Source of the DNA: Minisyncoccota bacterium
GTDB lineage: Bacteria; Patescibacteriota; Minisyncoccia; Phycocordibacterales; UBA5272
Direction: 5' to 3'
Assembly (NCBI GenBank): GCA_046350775.1
Contig: JAXLZS010000001.1
Location: 416,342-480,341, forward strand
Length of the DNA: 64,000 nt
The notes beneath the pieces were generated by a model, which was not told the origin of the DNA, ran no database searches, and was given only the letters and a program-made list of their open reading frames with translations. Below, in pieces: positions 1-9,740 of the stretch; the stretch's first letter is position 1; each line of letters begins with the position of its first letter. The position numbers and the translations under genes are program-made.

Positions 1-265
1 AATATTTTTCTGAATTTTCTAATGCATATTGAAATTCTGAAAGATTGTCATGAGGATGAAGACCGACAGAATAAAAAATATTTTCATTTTTCATGGCCAA
101 ATCTTTAGCTAATTCGCTCTCTTTTAAATCAGTACCGATACAAATCGTAGCGATTTTATTTTTATTCATGTCTGATATTACCCTCTCTAGATCATCTTGA
201 TAATCTTTAAAATTTAAATGTGAATGAATATCTATGTATTCTATTTTTGACAGATCTAAGTACAT
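1..265 (-). CDS. TatD-family metal-dependent hydrolase/DNase, N-terminal part (runs off window start)
   Basis: Reverse translation from ATG at 263-265: MYLDLSKIEYIDIHSHLNFKDYQDD... The IDxHxH motif is typical of TatD. Classic position downstream of metG. Confidence 0.6.
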   Translation of the reverse strand, partial: MYLDLSKIEYIDIHSHLNFKDYQDDLERVISDMNKNKIATICIGTDLKESELAKDLAMKNENIFYSVGLHPHDNLSEFQYALENSEKY

Positions 266-266
266 A

Positions 267-899
267 TTATTTGTTATTTATTAAATAATTTTCTTTAACA
301 AAGATCTTAACATTATTATTTAATTCTATAATTTCTGGGAATTCTGAACCATATTTAGAATCTAAAATATTATGCTTGTCGTCTAAAAAATTAAAAAAAT
401 AATCTTTGCCTAAACCGCTATTATTAATATAGGAAAAATCACTCAAAAAATGAGAAGTTTCTGGTAATATTTTATCTACCAATTTTATAAATCTAGCTTC
501 TTTTGTGTCTTGCGACTCATATTTTTCTATCATCTCATGAATATATGGAAACTCAAAACCAAATTCTTCTTTAATTCTTTCAAAAGATTCTTTTTCTCTT
601 TCTTGTTTTTCTTTTTTTGATTCTTCTGATGTGTTAACAAAAGAATTTGTATCTCCAGCATAGACCTCAACCAGATCATGGACTAAAGCAAATTGAGAAA
701 CTAAGCCAATATCTAATTTATTTTTGTAAAAAGTGTCTGCAAGTGAGCAAGCAATTAAGGAAAGCATAAAAGTATGATCTGTGTCGGACTCATTTCTTAC
801 ACCATCTTCATGATGAGTAACTCTATTCACTTTGGCAAAAGTCAAAGATAATTTTGCTAAATCAAAAATCTTTTTTGTATAATCTTTTTTGTCTTTCAT
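267..899 (-). CDS. HD-domain phosphohydrolase (YfbR-like 5'-deoxynucleotidase family)
   Basis: H..HD..D metal-binding motifs (RVTHHEDGVRNESDTDH...HDLVEVYAGD), 210 aa. Confidence 0.55.
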   Translation of the reverse strand: MKDKKDYTKKIFDLAKLSLTFAKVNRVTHHEDGVRNESDTDHTFMLSLIACSLADTFYKNKLDIGLVSQFALVHDLVEVYAGDTNSFVNTSEESKKEKQEREKESFERIKEEFGFEFPYIHEMIEKYESQDTKEARFIKLVDKILPETSHFLSDFSYINNSGLGKDYFFNFLDDKHNILDSKYGSEFPEIIELNNNVKIFVKENYLINNK

Positions 900-902
900 A
901 TA

Positions 903-2378
903 TTAATCTTTTCTTGGAAAGAGTGGCGACTCTGGTTTTTTGTTTTCCCTAATTAATTCTTGAATCTTTTTTGAAGTCTCTGGCATCATTGGTTCTAAAG
1001 CGAGAGCTATGCCAAACAAGTGATAAAGTAAATAATGAACATCTTTTTTTGCTTCTTCTTCATCTATTTTCATCTTTTTAAATGGTTCATTTTTTGCAAT
1101 AAACTCATTTAAAGTTGAAATATTTTCCCAGATATTATTCATCTGTTATCAATTTCAAAACTATCCATCTCTTTAGAATAATCTATTTTTGGATAATAAT
1201 CTTCATTTGTATTTATGGGTTCACTTAAATATTTTTCTGAAAGAGTTAAAAATACGAGAAGTTAAATTCCCAAGACCATTTACAAGTCCAGAATTAGCAT
1301 CTTTAAATCTCTCCATGGTAATGGGACTATCTTCAAAACTCGAAACTTCTTTAATAAAAAATATCGAAGAGCATCGACTCCGTAGTTTTCTACAATGTCT
1401 TTTGGATCAACAGTATTTCCAAGACTTTTACTCATTTTTACCCCACCTTCTCCTGTAATAAATCCATTTATAATTATATTCGTAGAATTTCCAATTCCCG
1501 CAGACATTAGCATCGCCTGCCACGTAGCAGCTTGATAGCGAAGATTGTCTTTACCACAATATTGTACTACTTCTCTTGATATCCATTTTTTATATTTTCC
1601 GGCTGGTTCCAAAATTCGCTAAATTTTGTACCAGATAGTTGGGGCCATCCAAGTGTAGAAATATAATTTGTAAGAGCATCAAACCAAACATACATAACAT
1701 GCTCATCATCAGGCATGTGTATACCCCAACTCATTTTTGATTTTAATCTTGAAACAGAGAAATCTTGTAATCCTTTTTCTACAAAATTTTTAATTTCATT
1801 AAATCTAAAATCTGGTATCACAAGATTTGAGTTTTTTCATAAAATTTTAATAAATCATTTTGATATTTAGAAAATTTGAAAAAAATAATTTTCTTTCTTC
1901 ACGAATTTCCAAATTCCCTATTTGGGTGTATTGGACATTTTCCTTCGTCATTTAATTCCGAATCTTGTTTTTCATCTTCACAACCTACACAATATTTCAT
2001 TTTGTAATTTTTTTCTCTATATCACCTTTCGCTTTACATATTTTCCATAATTCTTGAGCCGCTTTAATATGATTTTCATCTGTGGTACGAATAAAAGTAT
2101 CATTTGAAATATTTAAAATATTCTCATTAAATCTTGAAATTTTTGAGCATTTTGATCTACATATTTTTGAGTTTCAATTCCAGCATCTTTTGGGTTGCCT
2201 CCAAAAGTTTTTGTCCATGCTCATCTGTACCAGTATTAAAAAACACTTCGTAACCTAAAAGGTTTTTATATCTAGCTATCGTGTCTGTACGAACAAATTC
2301 TAAAGCGTGACCTATATGAAGCGGAGCATTCACATAAGGCAAAGTAGTGGTGATGTAAAATTTCTTGTTATTTTCCAT
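903..2378 (-). pseudogene. metG: methionyl-tRNA synthetase broken into at least 5 frames (about 8 frameshifts, mostly at A/T homopolymers)
   Basis: Fragments carry the HIGH motif (PLHIGHALE), the zinc-knuckle CVGCEDE...[62 protein letters not shown] and an anticodon-binding C-terminus. They are in the right order but in different frames, so no single frame spans more than about 110 aa. Confidence 0.7.
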
Positions 2379-2383
2379 AATTC

Positions 2384-3448
2384 TTAATATAAGATAAACT
2401 GTTCATTTTCTTTCTTTTTTCTATAATCATCTAATATTTCCATAATAATAGTAGACACTGGTATAGCAATCAAAGCCCCCCAAAATCCAGCCACCATCGC
2501 ACCCATAATGACGGAAACGATGATCATAATTGGAGGTATACCTGCTAGTTTACCAACTATTTTAGGATAAATAAAGTATGAAGAAATTTGTGAAATTATA
2601 AAAAAACATACAAGAGTTATAATCATCAATGATAGGCCGCCAATATTCCAAGCTAAAAATAAAGCTGGGATAGAAGCGGAGACTATACCTAAAATTGGCA
2701 TCAACTCAAAAATGAAAGCCAGTATTGAAATAGAAAGAGCGAAAGGTATGCCAAGAATTAATAGAGTAATATAAACCATGATAGCCACAAAAAAAGCAGA
2801 GACTATTTGTCCTATAAACCAATTTGAAATTTTTATCTGACTTCTTGCCACCAGATCCTCAATATAGTTTTCATATTTTCTTGGAGAAACAAGACGTAGA
2901 AAGTTGTGTACCCCTTTTTCATTTATTGAGATATAAAATGATATAACCAAAGTCAGAACAAAATTAACTAAAAAGTCTATTAAGGATGAAGTGCTGGCAA
3001 TTATTCCACCAGTAGACAAGATCTTTGATTGGGCTATATTTGCCAATTCGCTTGTATCTAGATTATTTGCAAAACTAGAAAAAGCTGAAAGTTTATTAGA
3101 GTCTAAAAATTTAATAGAAGAATATTTTATAGAATCTAAGTTATTTAAGAAATCTGGAAGTTTCTTAATAGTTGAACCTATATATTCAATAGCTGTAGGT
3201 AAGAAAAAATAAAATAATAGAAATACTAGACCGAGTGATACTAAATAAAAAATAACAACTGATAATATTCTTGGGAATTTAAATCTTTTCAAAAGATTTA
3301 CTACCCTATCGACAACTGAAGCTATGATAACAGATAAAAACAAGACAAAAACTATTGATCTGAAATAATAAAGACCATAGAAAAACAATATCCAAAGAAT
3401 GACTCTTATTATAGACCTGTTGGAAATATCTATTTTATTTGTATGCAT
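2384..3448 (-). CDS. AI-2E family transporter (PerM/UPF0118-like permease)
   Basis: 354 aa with about 8 predicted TM helices and AI-2E-like topology and length. Confidence 0.5.
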   Translation of the reverse strand: MHTNKIDISNRSIIRVILWILFFYGLYYFRSIVFVLFLSVIIASVVDRVVNLLKRFKFPRILSVVIFYLVSLGLVFLLFYFFLPTAIEYIGSTIKKLPDFLNNLDSIKYSSIKFLDSNKLSAFSSFANNLDTSELANIAQSKILSTGGIIASTSSLIDFLVNFVLTLVISFYISINEKGVHNFLRLVSPRKYENYIEDLVARSQIKISNWFIGQIVSAFFVAIMVYITLLILGIPFALSISILAFIFELMPILGIVSASIPALFLAWNIGGLSLMIITLVCFFIISQISSYFIYPKIVGKLAGIPPIMIIVSVIMGAMVAGFWGALIAIPVSTIIMEILDDYRKKKENEQFILY

Positions 3449-3503
3449 AATAATTATTTATTTTTATAAATAAAGTATAGCATTAAAGAATATTTAATAA
3501 AAA

Positions 3504-4898
3504 TTAGTTATTTTTTACTACCCAAGATCTCTCAAAAGAGATATTTTGATCATTTGACACTTCTGTCTCAGATTTTCTTTCCCCTTTAGCAAAAATCTGT
3601 AAATTAATACTATTGTCTCCTGCCAGGTTTTTGACTGCCCTGATTTTTAATCTAATTTTACCTGTACTATTGGCACCAATCTGAGAAAATTCTGGTATGG
3701 TATTTTTATCCCAAATTGCAAGATTTAGATCTCCATCGTAAATACCATCTATGGCTTGAGTATAATTTTTATCTATTCCATCACCGTCAAGTTTAGCAGA
3801 TATTACTAAATTATCTATTGGATAATTAAGATTGTTTTTATAAGTAAAATCAAGCATAATAAGATCATTTGTAGAGACAATATTTTCACCATTTGTACTA
3901 TCTCCGACAAGAGAAATATCTATATATTGTCCAGAAATTAAAATACTTTTTTGCACTTGTGTATAAATATTGTCTAAATTTAGATTAAAATTATCATAAT
4001 TTCCTAAAGTAGAAGAACCGTTTGTGCTAGATGAATTATTTGGAGTACCAGCATAAAATGTAAACTGATCAGTAGCACCAATATCACCAGTCAACTTACC
4101 AGAAAAAGATATTTGCTTCTCTTGTCCGGCGGAAAGGTTTTGGATAAGCCAAGAAGGATTATTGTTGTACCTAGCTTGTGAAGATGAAGAGTAGACAAAG
4201 TCATTTGGAGGGCGGACTGTTACTATGAGATTTTTAATATCTTTTCTAGTATTGTTTTTTATTTTTAAATTTATAGTATTTATATTACCCTGATGAAATT
4301 CTTTTAGAGTTTCTACCGTTATGGTGACCGGTGAACTTTTTAGAGTTATAGAAATAGGATCTGCTAATTTATTAAATTCCGCATTTGAACCATTAATTTT
4401 ATAAAAAAAGGTAGCAGAGACTTGTCTATTTACGCCTTCATTACCAAACAAAACAACGGATACACTCTTATTGGAAAAATCATCAGCTAAAATCTGCCCA
4501 ATATCAATTTTTTGAGAAATAATATTTTTTGCACCAGAAACATTTTCGCCAGAGTCGTATTGAACTATAACGTAGGCCTCATATATTGGTGTCTTGTTTT
4601 TATTTTCTATTTTTAAATTTACTGACCCTGGCTCACCGCTCGACAAAGAAGAAGAACCCGATATTACAAAATTAATATTGTTCGCAGAAAAAGCTGAATT
4701 ATTTGAAAATAACGAGTAAAGTACAAAAGCTCCCACTAAAAAGAATATACTAAAAGATATTAAAAAAAATTTTAGAGAAAAACTCATGCCATGCTTTTCT
4801 TCTCCATGATATTTAAAATCACCAAGATCACTATCGTCCCAGCTTTCAGGAATTTTAACTGGCTCATTTTGAGTTTTAGCTTTAAGGTTTATATCCAT
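3504..4898 (-). CDS. hypothetical membrane-anchored extracellular protein
   Basis: One N-terminal TM segment (FFLISFSIFFLVGAFVLYSLF), then a beta-rich, N/S/T-rich extracellular region of 464 aa. No recognisable catalytic motif. Confidence 0.4.
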   Translation of the reverse strand: MDINLKAKTQNEPVKIPESWDDSDLGDFKYHGEEKHGMSFSLKFFLISFSIFFLVGAFVLYSLFSNNSAFSANNINFVISGSSSLSSGEPGSVNLKIENKNKTPIYEAYVIVQYDSGENVSGAKNIISQKIDIGQILADDFSNKSVSVVLFGNEGVNRQVSATFFYKINGSNAEFNKLADPISITLKSSPVTITVETLKEFHQGNINTINLKIKNNTRKDIKNLIVTVRPPNDFVYSSSSQARYNNNPSWLIQNLSAGQEKQISFSGKLTGDIGATDQFTFYAGTPNNSSSTNGSSTLGNYDNFNLNLDNIYTQVQKSILISGQYIDISLVGDSTNGENIVSTNDLIMLDFTYKNNLNYPIDNLVISAKLDGDGIDKNYTQAIDGIYDGDLNLAIWDKNTIPEFSQIGANSTGKIRLKIRAVKNLAGDNSINLQIFAKGERKSETEVSNDQNISFERSWVVKNN

Positions 4899-4906
4899 TT
4901 TATAAA

Positions 4907-5500
4907 TTATAACATAGTCTCTCGCAGTACATGTAGCACATGTTTTTTTACTTCTTTTTCATTTAAAATGAAATGGGTGTAAAAATCTTTTACAGAAAAA
5001 CTTTTATATTCTTCTATATCTTTTGCCCCTATAATACTAGCGTCCGCATATCCAGTATCTACTAATACCAAATAGTAAATTAGTATTTTAAAATTATTTA
5101 TTTCTAAAATATCCACGCCTTGATCCAGAAAAAATATTGATTTTATCTTATCAAATAATTTTTTATAAGTTTTCTTTTCTTCGATAAATTTAAAAATTAT
5201 CTCACTTATCACCTTTTTAGCTTTGAAAGACCAGGATTTGGTGATATTAGAATTTAGATCTAAAAATAATTCCTCAGCCCCTACCAATCTCCAAATATCT
5301 CTACCTTTTACCAGGGTGATAATAATAAAATCATTTTTCTTTATTATCGGTCTCAATTTGGCGTTTATTTTTCTTATGGATTTAGCTATAGCAAAAATAA
5401 TACCAAATTCTCTCGTCCATACTTTGTAGACAATATCATGCTCACCTTGCTCATATTCTCTTAAAATAAAAGCTTCTGTAGTGTATTTATCATGAGACAT
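4907..5500 (-). CDS. recO: DNA repair protein RecO-like
   Basis: N-terminal EAFILREYEQGEHDIVYKVWTREFGIIFAIAKSIRK matches the RecO OB-fold signature. 197 aa. Confidence 0.4.
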   Translation of the reverse strand: MSHDKYTTEAFILREYEQGEHDIVYKVWTREFGIIFAIAKSIRKINAKLRPIIKKNDFIIITLVKGRDIWRLVGAEELFLDLNSNITKSWSFKAKKVISEIIFKFIEEKKTYKKLFDKIKSIFFLDQGVDILEINNFKILIYYLVLVDTGYADASIIGAKDIEEYKSFSVKDFYTHFILNEKEVKKHVLHVLRETML

Positions 5501-5510
5501 TGTTGGTCAT

Positions 5511-8500
5511 TTAGTTAATTAAGATAATTTCCTCCTTTTGAGATTCTTCAAATTTTATATCAGACAATTTACAGTCTTTAATTAATTCTTCTTTAAAGCT
5601 TTCGATAAAATCTTTTCTTTCTGAATTGGTTTTAATCAAAAGAGAAACAACATCACTGGCGACAAGATTGTTTTCTTTTCTTAGATCTTTTATCTTTCTT
5701 GTGAGCTCACGATAATCCCCTTCTTTTTTTAATTCTGGAGTTATCTCAAGATCTAGAATTATATTTTTACCTTCTTCATAATTTTGTTTTTCATCTATCT
5801 TTATATCTTTGACATTGATTTCTTCTTTTAGAATTTCAAAATATTTTTCGTCTATTTTTATTTTTGTAGTTAAAGAAGATAGCGGCTGACGGACTGGAAT
5901 ATTATTTTTTTGTCTTACCATGAGAGCTTCGGTGACTACATCTCTCACTTTTTGCATGTCTAGTAATATTTCTTCTTTATTTGATCGAAGAGAAAAGAAT
6001 TTTTCTGGCCACTTTTCAAGATGTACACTTTCTTTTTTGTCTTTATTATTTTTATTTATTGACTGATAAATTCTTTCAGCCAAAAATGGCATAAAAGGAG
6101 CAATGACTAGAGAGAATTTATTCAAGACAAAATACAATGTATACAAAGTCTCATCGTCATCATTTTTTAATTTTTCCCTTGATCTACGCAAATACCAAGT
6201 AGATAGATCATCTATAAACTTTTCAAAAGGACGAGTTGCTTGATCGAGTCTATACTGATCCATAGACTTTGTAGTATTTTCTAAAATCTCATTTAGTCTG
6301 ACTAATATCCAGAGATTGAGAGGATCTTTTATCTCAATATTCTTTGGCATATCTATATCTAACATTTCATAAAAGCTTAAAATATTTTCCAATTTTGAAA
6401 CTATTTTCTTATAACTTTCTTCTACGAGCGAATCAGGAAAAGCTACATTTTCAGCGCACATGAGTGGAGAGGAAAGTAGAGAATATCTAAACGCGTCTGC
6501 TCCAAATTTTTCTGCCAAAATCAGTGGATCTGTGTAATTATTTTTACTCTTACTCATTTTTTCCCCATCACCAGCCAATACTAGTCCATTGACTATGACA
6601 TTTTTATAAGAAGCTTTATCAAATATACCTACAGACAAGTTGAGTAAAGAGTAAAACCATCCTCTGGTCTGATCAAGACCTTCAGCTATAAAATCTGCTG
6701 GGAAAGTTTTTTCAAACAATTCTCTGTTTTCAAATGGATAGTGAAGTTGACCATAAGGCATAGATCCAGATTCAAACCAACAGTCAAACACATACTCAAC
6801 TCTTGTCATCTCTTTACCATTTTTACTTAAGAGTTTTACCTGATCTATGTATGGACGATGTAAATTGATTCTTCCTTTTTCATCTCTTGGCACCAGGCTT
6901 AGATTTAATTTTCTTATCTCAGCATTTCTTGGATAAAGTCTAGTATCATTAGATAACTCATCTTTTATCACCTCTTCTTCTGTGATCAGTTCACTACCGG
7001 CGATCATCATCCTCATTGGACCACCATGAGTGACTATCAATATTTTTTTACCATTATACCTTTCTTCTAAATTATAGATTCCAGCCATGACTCTATCCAT
7101 GACTTCTTGATGACTTTCCCCTCCACCTATCTTTACTTTAAATTTTAAATAATCAATACCTAAATCCTGGTGAAGTTTTTCTGATGTTTGACCACTATAC
7201 ACTCCAAGATCTATTTCTACAAAATGCTCATCTATCAATATTTCTTTGTCTCCGGCCATTATAGATGCTGTCTCTTTAGCTCTGGGATATGGTGAAGATA
7301 TTATAATATCGAAGTCTACGTTATTTTTCTTTTTAGCATCTTCCACTTGTATTACACCGAGATCTGTTAAAATATTTTCAGGGTCCATTTTAGTTTCTTC
7401 AATACCTTTCACATTATGCATAGCTTCTCCATGACGCATAACATAATATTCATTTTTGGGTTTTGCTATATTGGATTCTGTCAACTCTTTTAATGATCCG
7501 ATTATTCTTACTTCATCACCGTCCACCTCTTTCCAGATTGGTAGAGGAGCACCCCAGTAGCGACTTCTTGAGACAGCCCACTCACGAGCCCCCTCTAGCC
7601 ATTTTCCAAATCTTCCGTCACGTATATTTTCTGGAGTCCAATTTATTTTTTGATTTTCAGACAAATTTTTTTCTTTAATTTTTGGAACGTTTACAAACCA
7701 AGAGCTGGTAGCATAATTTAAAAGTGGAGTATCACATCTCCAGCAAGTTGGATATGCGTGAACTAATTTTTCTTTTGCAAAAAGAAGTTTCTTTTCTGCT
7801 AAATATTTTATGATACCAATATCAGCTGATTGGTTGTCTCTGGATGTCTTTACTTTTATACCAGCAAAATCTGTTACTTCTTTTGTAAATTCACCATTCA
7901 TCCCGACATGTTTGATAATAGGAAGTTTCTTTTCTTTTCCGAGATTAAGATCGTCTTCACCAAAAGCTGGGGCAATATGTACAACTCCAGTACCAGTATC
8001 AAGTGTCACAAATTCAGCATCCACTATGGTGTAAATATTTTCTTTATTTTCAAGATTTGCATCAAGATAATAATCAAAGACTGGTTTATATTTTTTACCA
8101 ACCAATTCTTCACCATTAAATTCTGAAATTATTTCAAATTCTAAATTTTCTTTTTTAAATACATCTTCTAACCTATCTTTTGCTAAGATAAAATTTTCTC
8201 CAGAATTTATTTTCACCTTCGCATATTCAAAATTTTTATTTACAGCGAGAGCTACATTTCCTGGTAAAGTCCAAGGAGTGGTGGTCCAAGCAAGCACAAA
8301 AGTGCCAAGCTCATCTACCAATTCAAATTTTACTGTCACAGAAATATCTGTCAGATCTTTATAATTTTGAGCAACCTCGGATTGAGCGAGAGTAGTCTCA
8401 CATCTTGGGCAGATATGCATACTTTTATGACCTTCAAAAACTAATCCTTTTTTATCGAGCTCTTTAAATGCCCACCAGACAGATTCAGTATAAGTATAAT

Positions 8501-8963
8501 CCAGAGTCTTGTAAGAATTATCCATATCTATCCAGCGACCAAATCTAGGTATTACATGCTTCCACTCCTCTTCATATGCAAAAACACTGGCTTCTGCAGC
8601 TTTATTAAAATTATCAATACCAAAATCCTCAATATCTTTTTTGGATTCCAAATCAAATTTTTTCTCGACTAGATTTTCTATTGGCAAACCATGACAATCC
8701 CAACCCCAGACTCTTCTGACATAATTTCCTTTCATTGTCTCATATCGAGGGATGGTATCCTTTATAGTACCAGCCAAAAGATGGCCATGATGTGGGAGAC
8801 CTGTCGCAAATGGAGGGCCGTCATAAAAACTAAAATTACCTTTTGGATTTTCTCCGGCTGGCTTTTCGAGAGATTTTTCAAAAATTTTATTCTTCTGCCA
8901 GAATTCTAAAACTTCTAACTCTTTTTCATTTATAGTTTTATCTTTGTTTTGATTTGGATTCAT
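5511..8963 (-). CDS. ileS: isoleucyl-tRNA synthetase (type 2) with an inserted histidine-phosphatase-like domain
   Basis: HIGH motif (PHHGHLLAG), KMSKS, WRCDTPL, WAVSRSRYWGAPLPIW and NLHRPYID. The ATG at 8961-8963 (MNPNQ) is the likely start; the ORF-track start at 8990 is a TTG. A roughly 200-aa block containing RHGEAMHN...THGG lies between PIW and LHRP. Confidence 0.85.
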   Translation of the reverse strand: MNPNQNKDKTINEKELEVLEFWQKNKIFEKSLEKPAGENPKGNFSFYDGPPFATGLPHHGHLLAGTIKDTIPRYETMKGNYVRRVWGWDCHGLPIENLVEKKFDLESKKDIEDFGIDNFNKAAEASVFAYEEEWKHVIPRFGRWIDMDNSYKTLDYTYTESVWWAFKELDKKGLVFEGHKSMHICPRCETTLAQSEVAQNYKDLTDISVTVKFELVDELGTFVLAWTTTPWTLPGNVALAVNKNFEYAKVKINSGENFILAKDRLEDVFKKENLEFEIISEFNGEELVGKKYKPVFDYYLDANLENKENIYTIVDAEFVTLDTGTGVVHIAPAFGEDDLNLGKEKKLPIIKHVGMNGEFTKEVTDFAGIKVKTSRDNQSADIGIIKYLAEKKLLFAKEKLVHAYPTCWRCDTPLLNYATSSWFVNVPKIKEKNLSENQKINWTPENIRDGRFGKWLEGAREWAVSRSRYWGAPLPIWKEVDGDEVRIIGSLKELTESNIAKPKNEYYVMRHGEAMHNVKGIEETKMDPENILTDLGVIQVEDAKKKNNVDFDIIISSPYPRAKETASIMAGDKEILIDEHFVEIDLGVYSGQTSEKLHQDLGIDYLKFKVKIGGGESHQEVMDRVMAGIYNLEERYNGKKILIVTHGGPMRMMIAGSELITEEEVIKDELSNDTRLYPRNAEIRKLNLSLVPRDEKGRINLHRPYIDQVKLLSKNGKEMTRVEYVFDCWFESGSMPYGQLHYPFENRELFEKTFPADFIAEGLDQTRGWFYSLLNLSVGIFDKASYKNVIVNGLVLAGDGEKMSKSKNNYTDPLILAEKFGADAFRYSLLSSPLMCAENVAFPDSLVEESYKKIVSKLENILSFYEMLDIDMPKNIEIKDPLNLWILVRLNEILENTTKSMDQYRLDQATRPFEKFIDDLSTWYLRRSREKLKNDDDETLYTLYFVLNKFSLVIAPFMPFLAERIYQSINKNNKDKKESVHLEKWPEKFFSLRSNKEEILLDMQKVRDVVTEALMVRQKNNIPVRQPLSSLTTKIKIDEKYFEILKEEINVKDIKIDEKQNYEEGKNIILDLEITPELKKEGDYRELTRKIKDLRKENNLVASDVVSLLIKTNSERKDFIESFKEELIKDCKLSDIKFEESQKEEIILIN

Positions 8964-9215
8964 AGTTTTTAAAATAATAAAATCGCCCAAGATTTATAAA
9001 TCAAGGGCGATTCTAAAAATTTATTGTCGCGGTACCACCTTGTTCACAAAATACTTTGATATTTTGCCTTATTTATCGGGCTCTACTCGTCTTTTCGACT
9101 TTCTTCCCAAAGCTCGAGAGTGATTAGTTCTGTCGTCGCTTTTATAAGATAATAATATCACAAAAAATAAAAGCCACAAAATTTGTGTTTTCATATAATA
9201 ATGCTATTATCAAAG
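8964..9215 (-). promoter_or_regulatory. T-box riboswitch leader of ileS (Ile/AUC specifier likely; terminator/antiterminator)
   Basis: Minus-strand GGTGGTACCGCG at 9028-9039 matches the T-box consensus AAnnnGGGUGGnACCGCG. Terminator hairpin aatcgccc...gggcgatt at 8981-9012 is followed by a U-run. Candidate AUC specifier around 9150. Confidence 0.55.
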
Positions 9216-9231
9216 CAGAAAAACATTTTAT

Positions 9232-9714
9232 ATGGAAAAATTCTTTAGGGATAATTGTTTAAAAAACTTCGTCATATTAAATAATCTTGCAAAGAATGGA
9301 AAGTTTGATGATATAAACCAACTTATTTTTGAAACAAAAAAAATAATAGGCTACAAAATAGAATTAAATCTATTAGATACTACTTTTTCATTACTTGGAA
9401 GAGTTGTTCCAAAATCAGGAGGTTTTACTATTTATTTGAATAGAAATATGGATAATGACCTATATAGATTTGTCTTAGGTCATGAGATAGGGCATATATT
9501 AAATTCTTTTGAATATACAAGACCTTGGCCAACAATTATTTCATACATAGAAAATCTTGAGGAAAAAATTTGTGACTATATAGGTTTAGAATTATCAAAT
9601 TCTAAAATAGATTTTTTAAATAAGATAAAAATGTATGAAAAACTTTCCAATAAGAGATTAATTGATGAGTTGGTTTTAAACGAATATGTTAAACGAAACA
9701 ATTTAAGAATGTAA
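9232..9714 (+). CDS. ImmA/IrrE-family (DUF955-like) putative zinc metallopeptidase
   Basis: HEXXH in LGHEIGHIL. 160 aa. Confidence 0.4.
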   Translation: MEKFFRDNCLKNFVILNNLAKNGKFDDINQLIFETKKIIGYKIELNLLDTTFSLLGRVVPKSGGFTIYLNRNMDNDLYRFVLGHEIGHILNSFEYTRPWPTIISYIENLEEKICDYIGLELSNSKIDFLNKIKMYEKLSNKRLIDELVLNEYVKRNNLRM

Positions 9715-9740
9715 ATATTTTATTTGCATTCTTTTTGTTT

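Noticed and set aside
903-2378. Alternative genetic code (UGA read as Gly/Trp, code 25/4) as the explanation for the fragmented metG
   Set aside because: Most breaks are reading-frame changes at homopolymers, not in-frame UGA codons. All other long genes in the window are intact under the standard code.
7246-8126. Plus-strand ORFs of 62-98 aa inside ileS (and similar antisense ORFs inside argS, polA, PBP and the Mur ligase)
   Set aside because: They are antisense to long, well-supported genes and have low-complexity, hydrophobic translations typical of AT-rich antisense frames.
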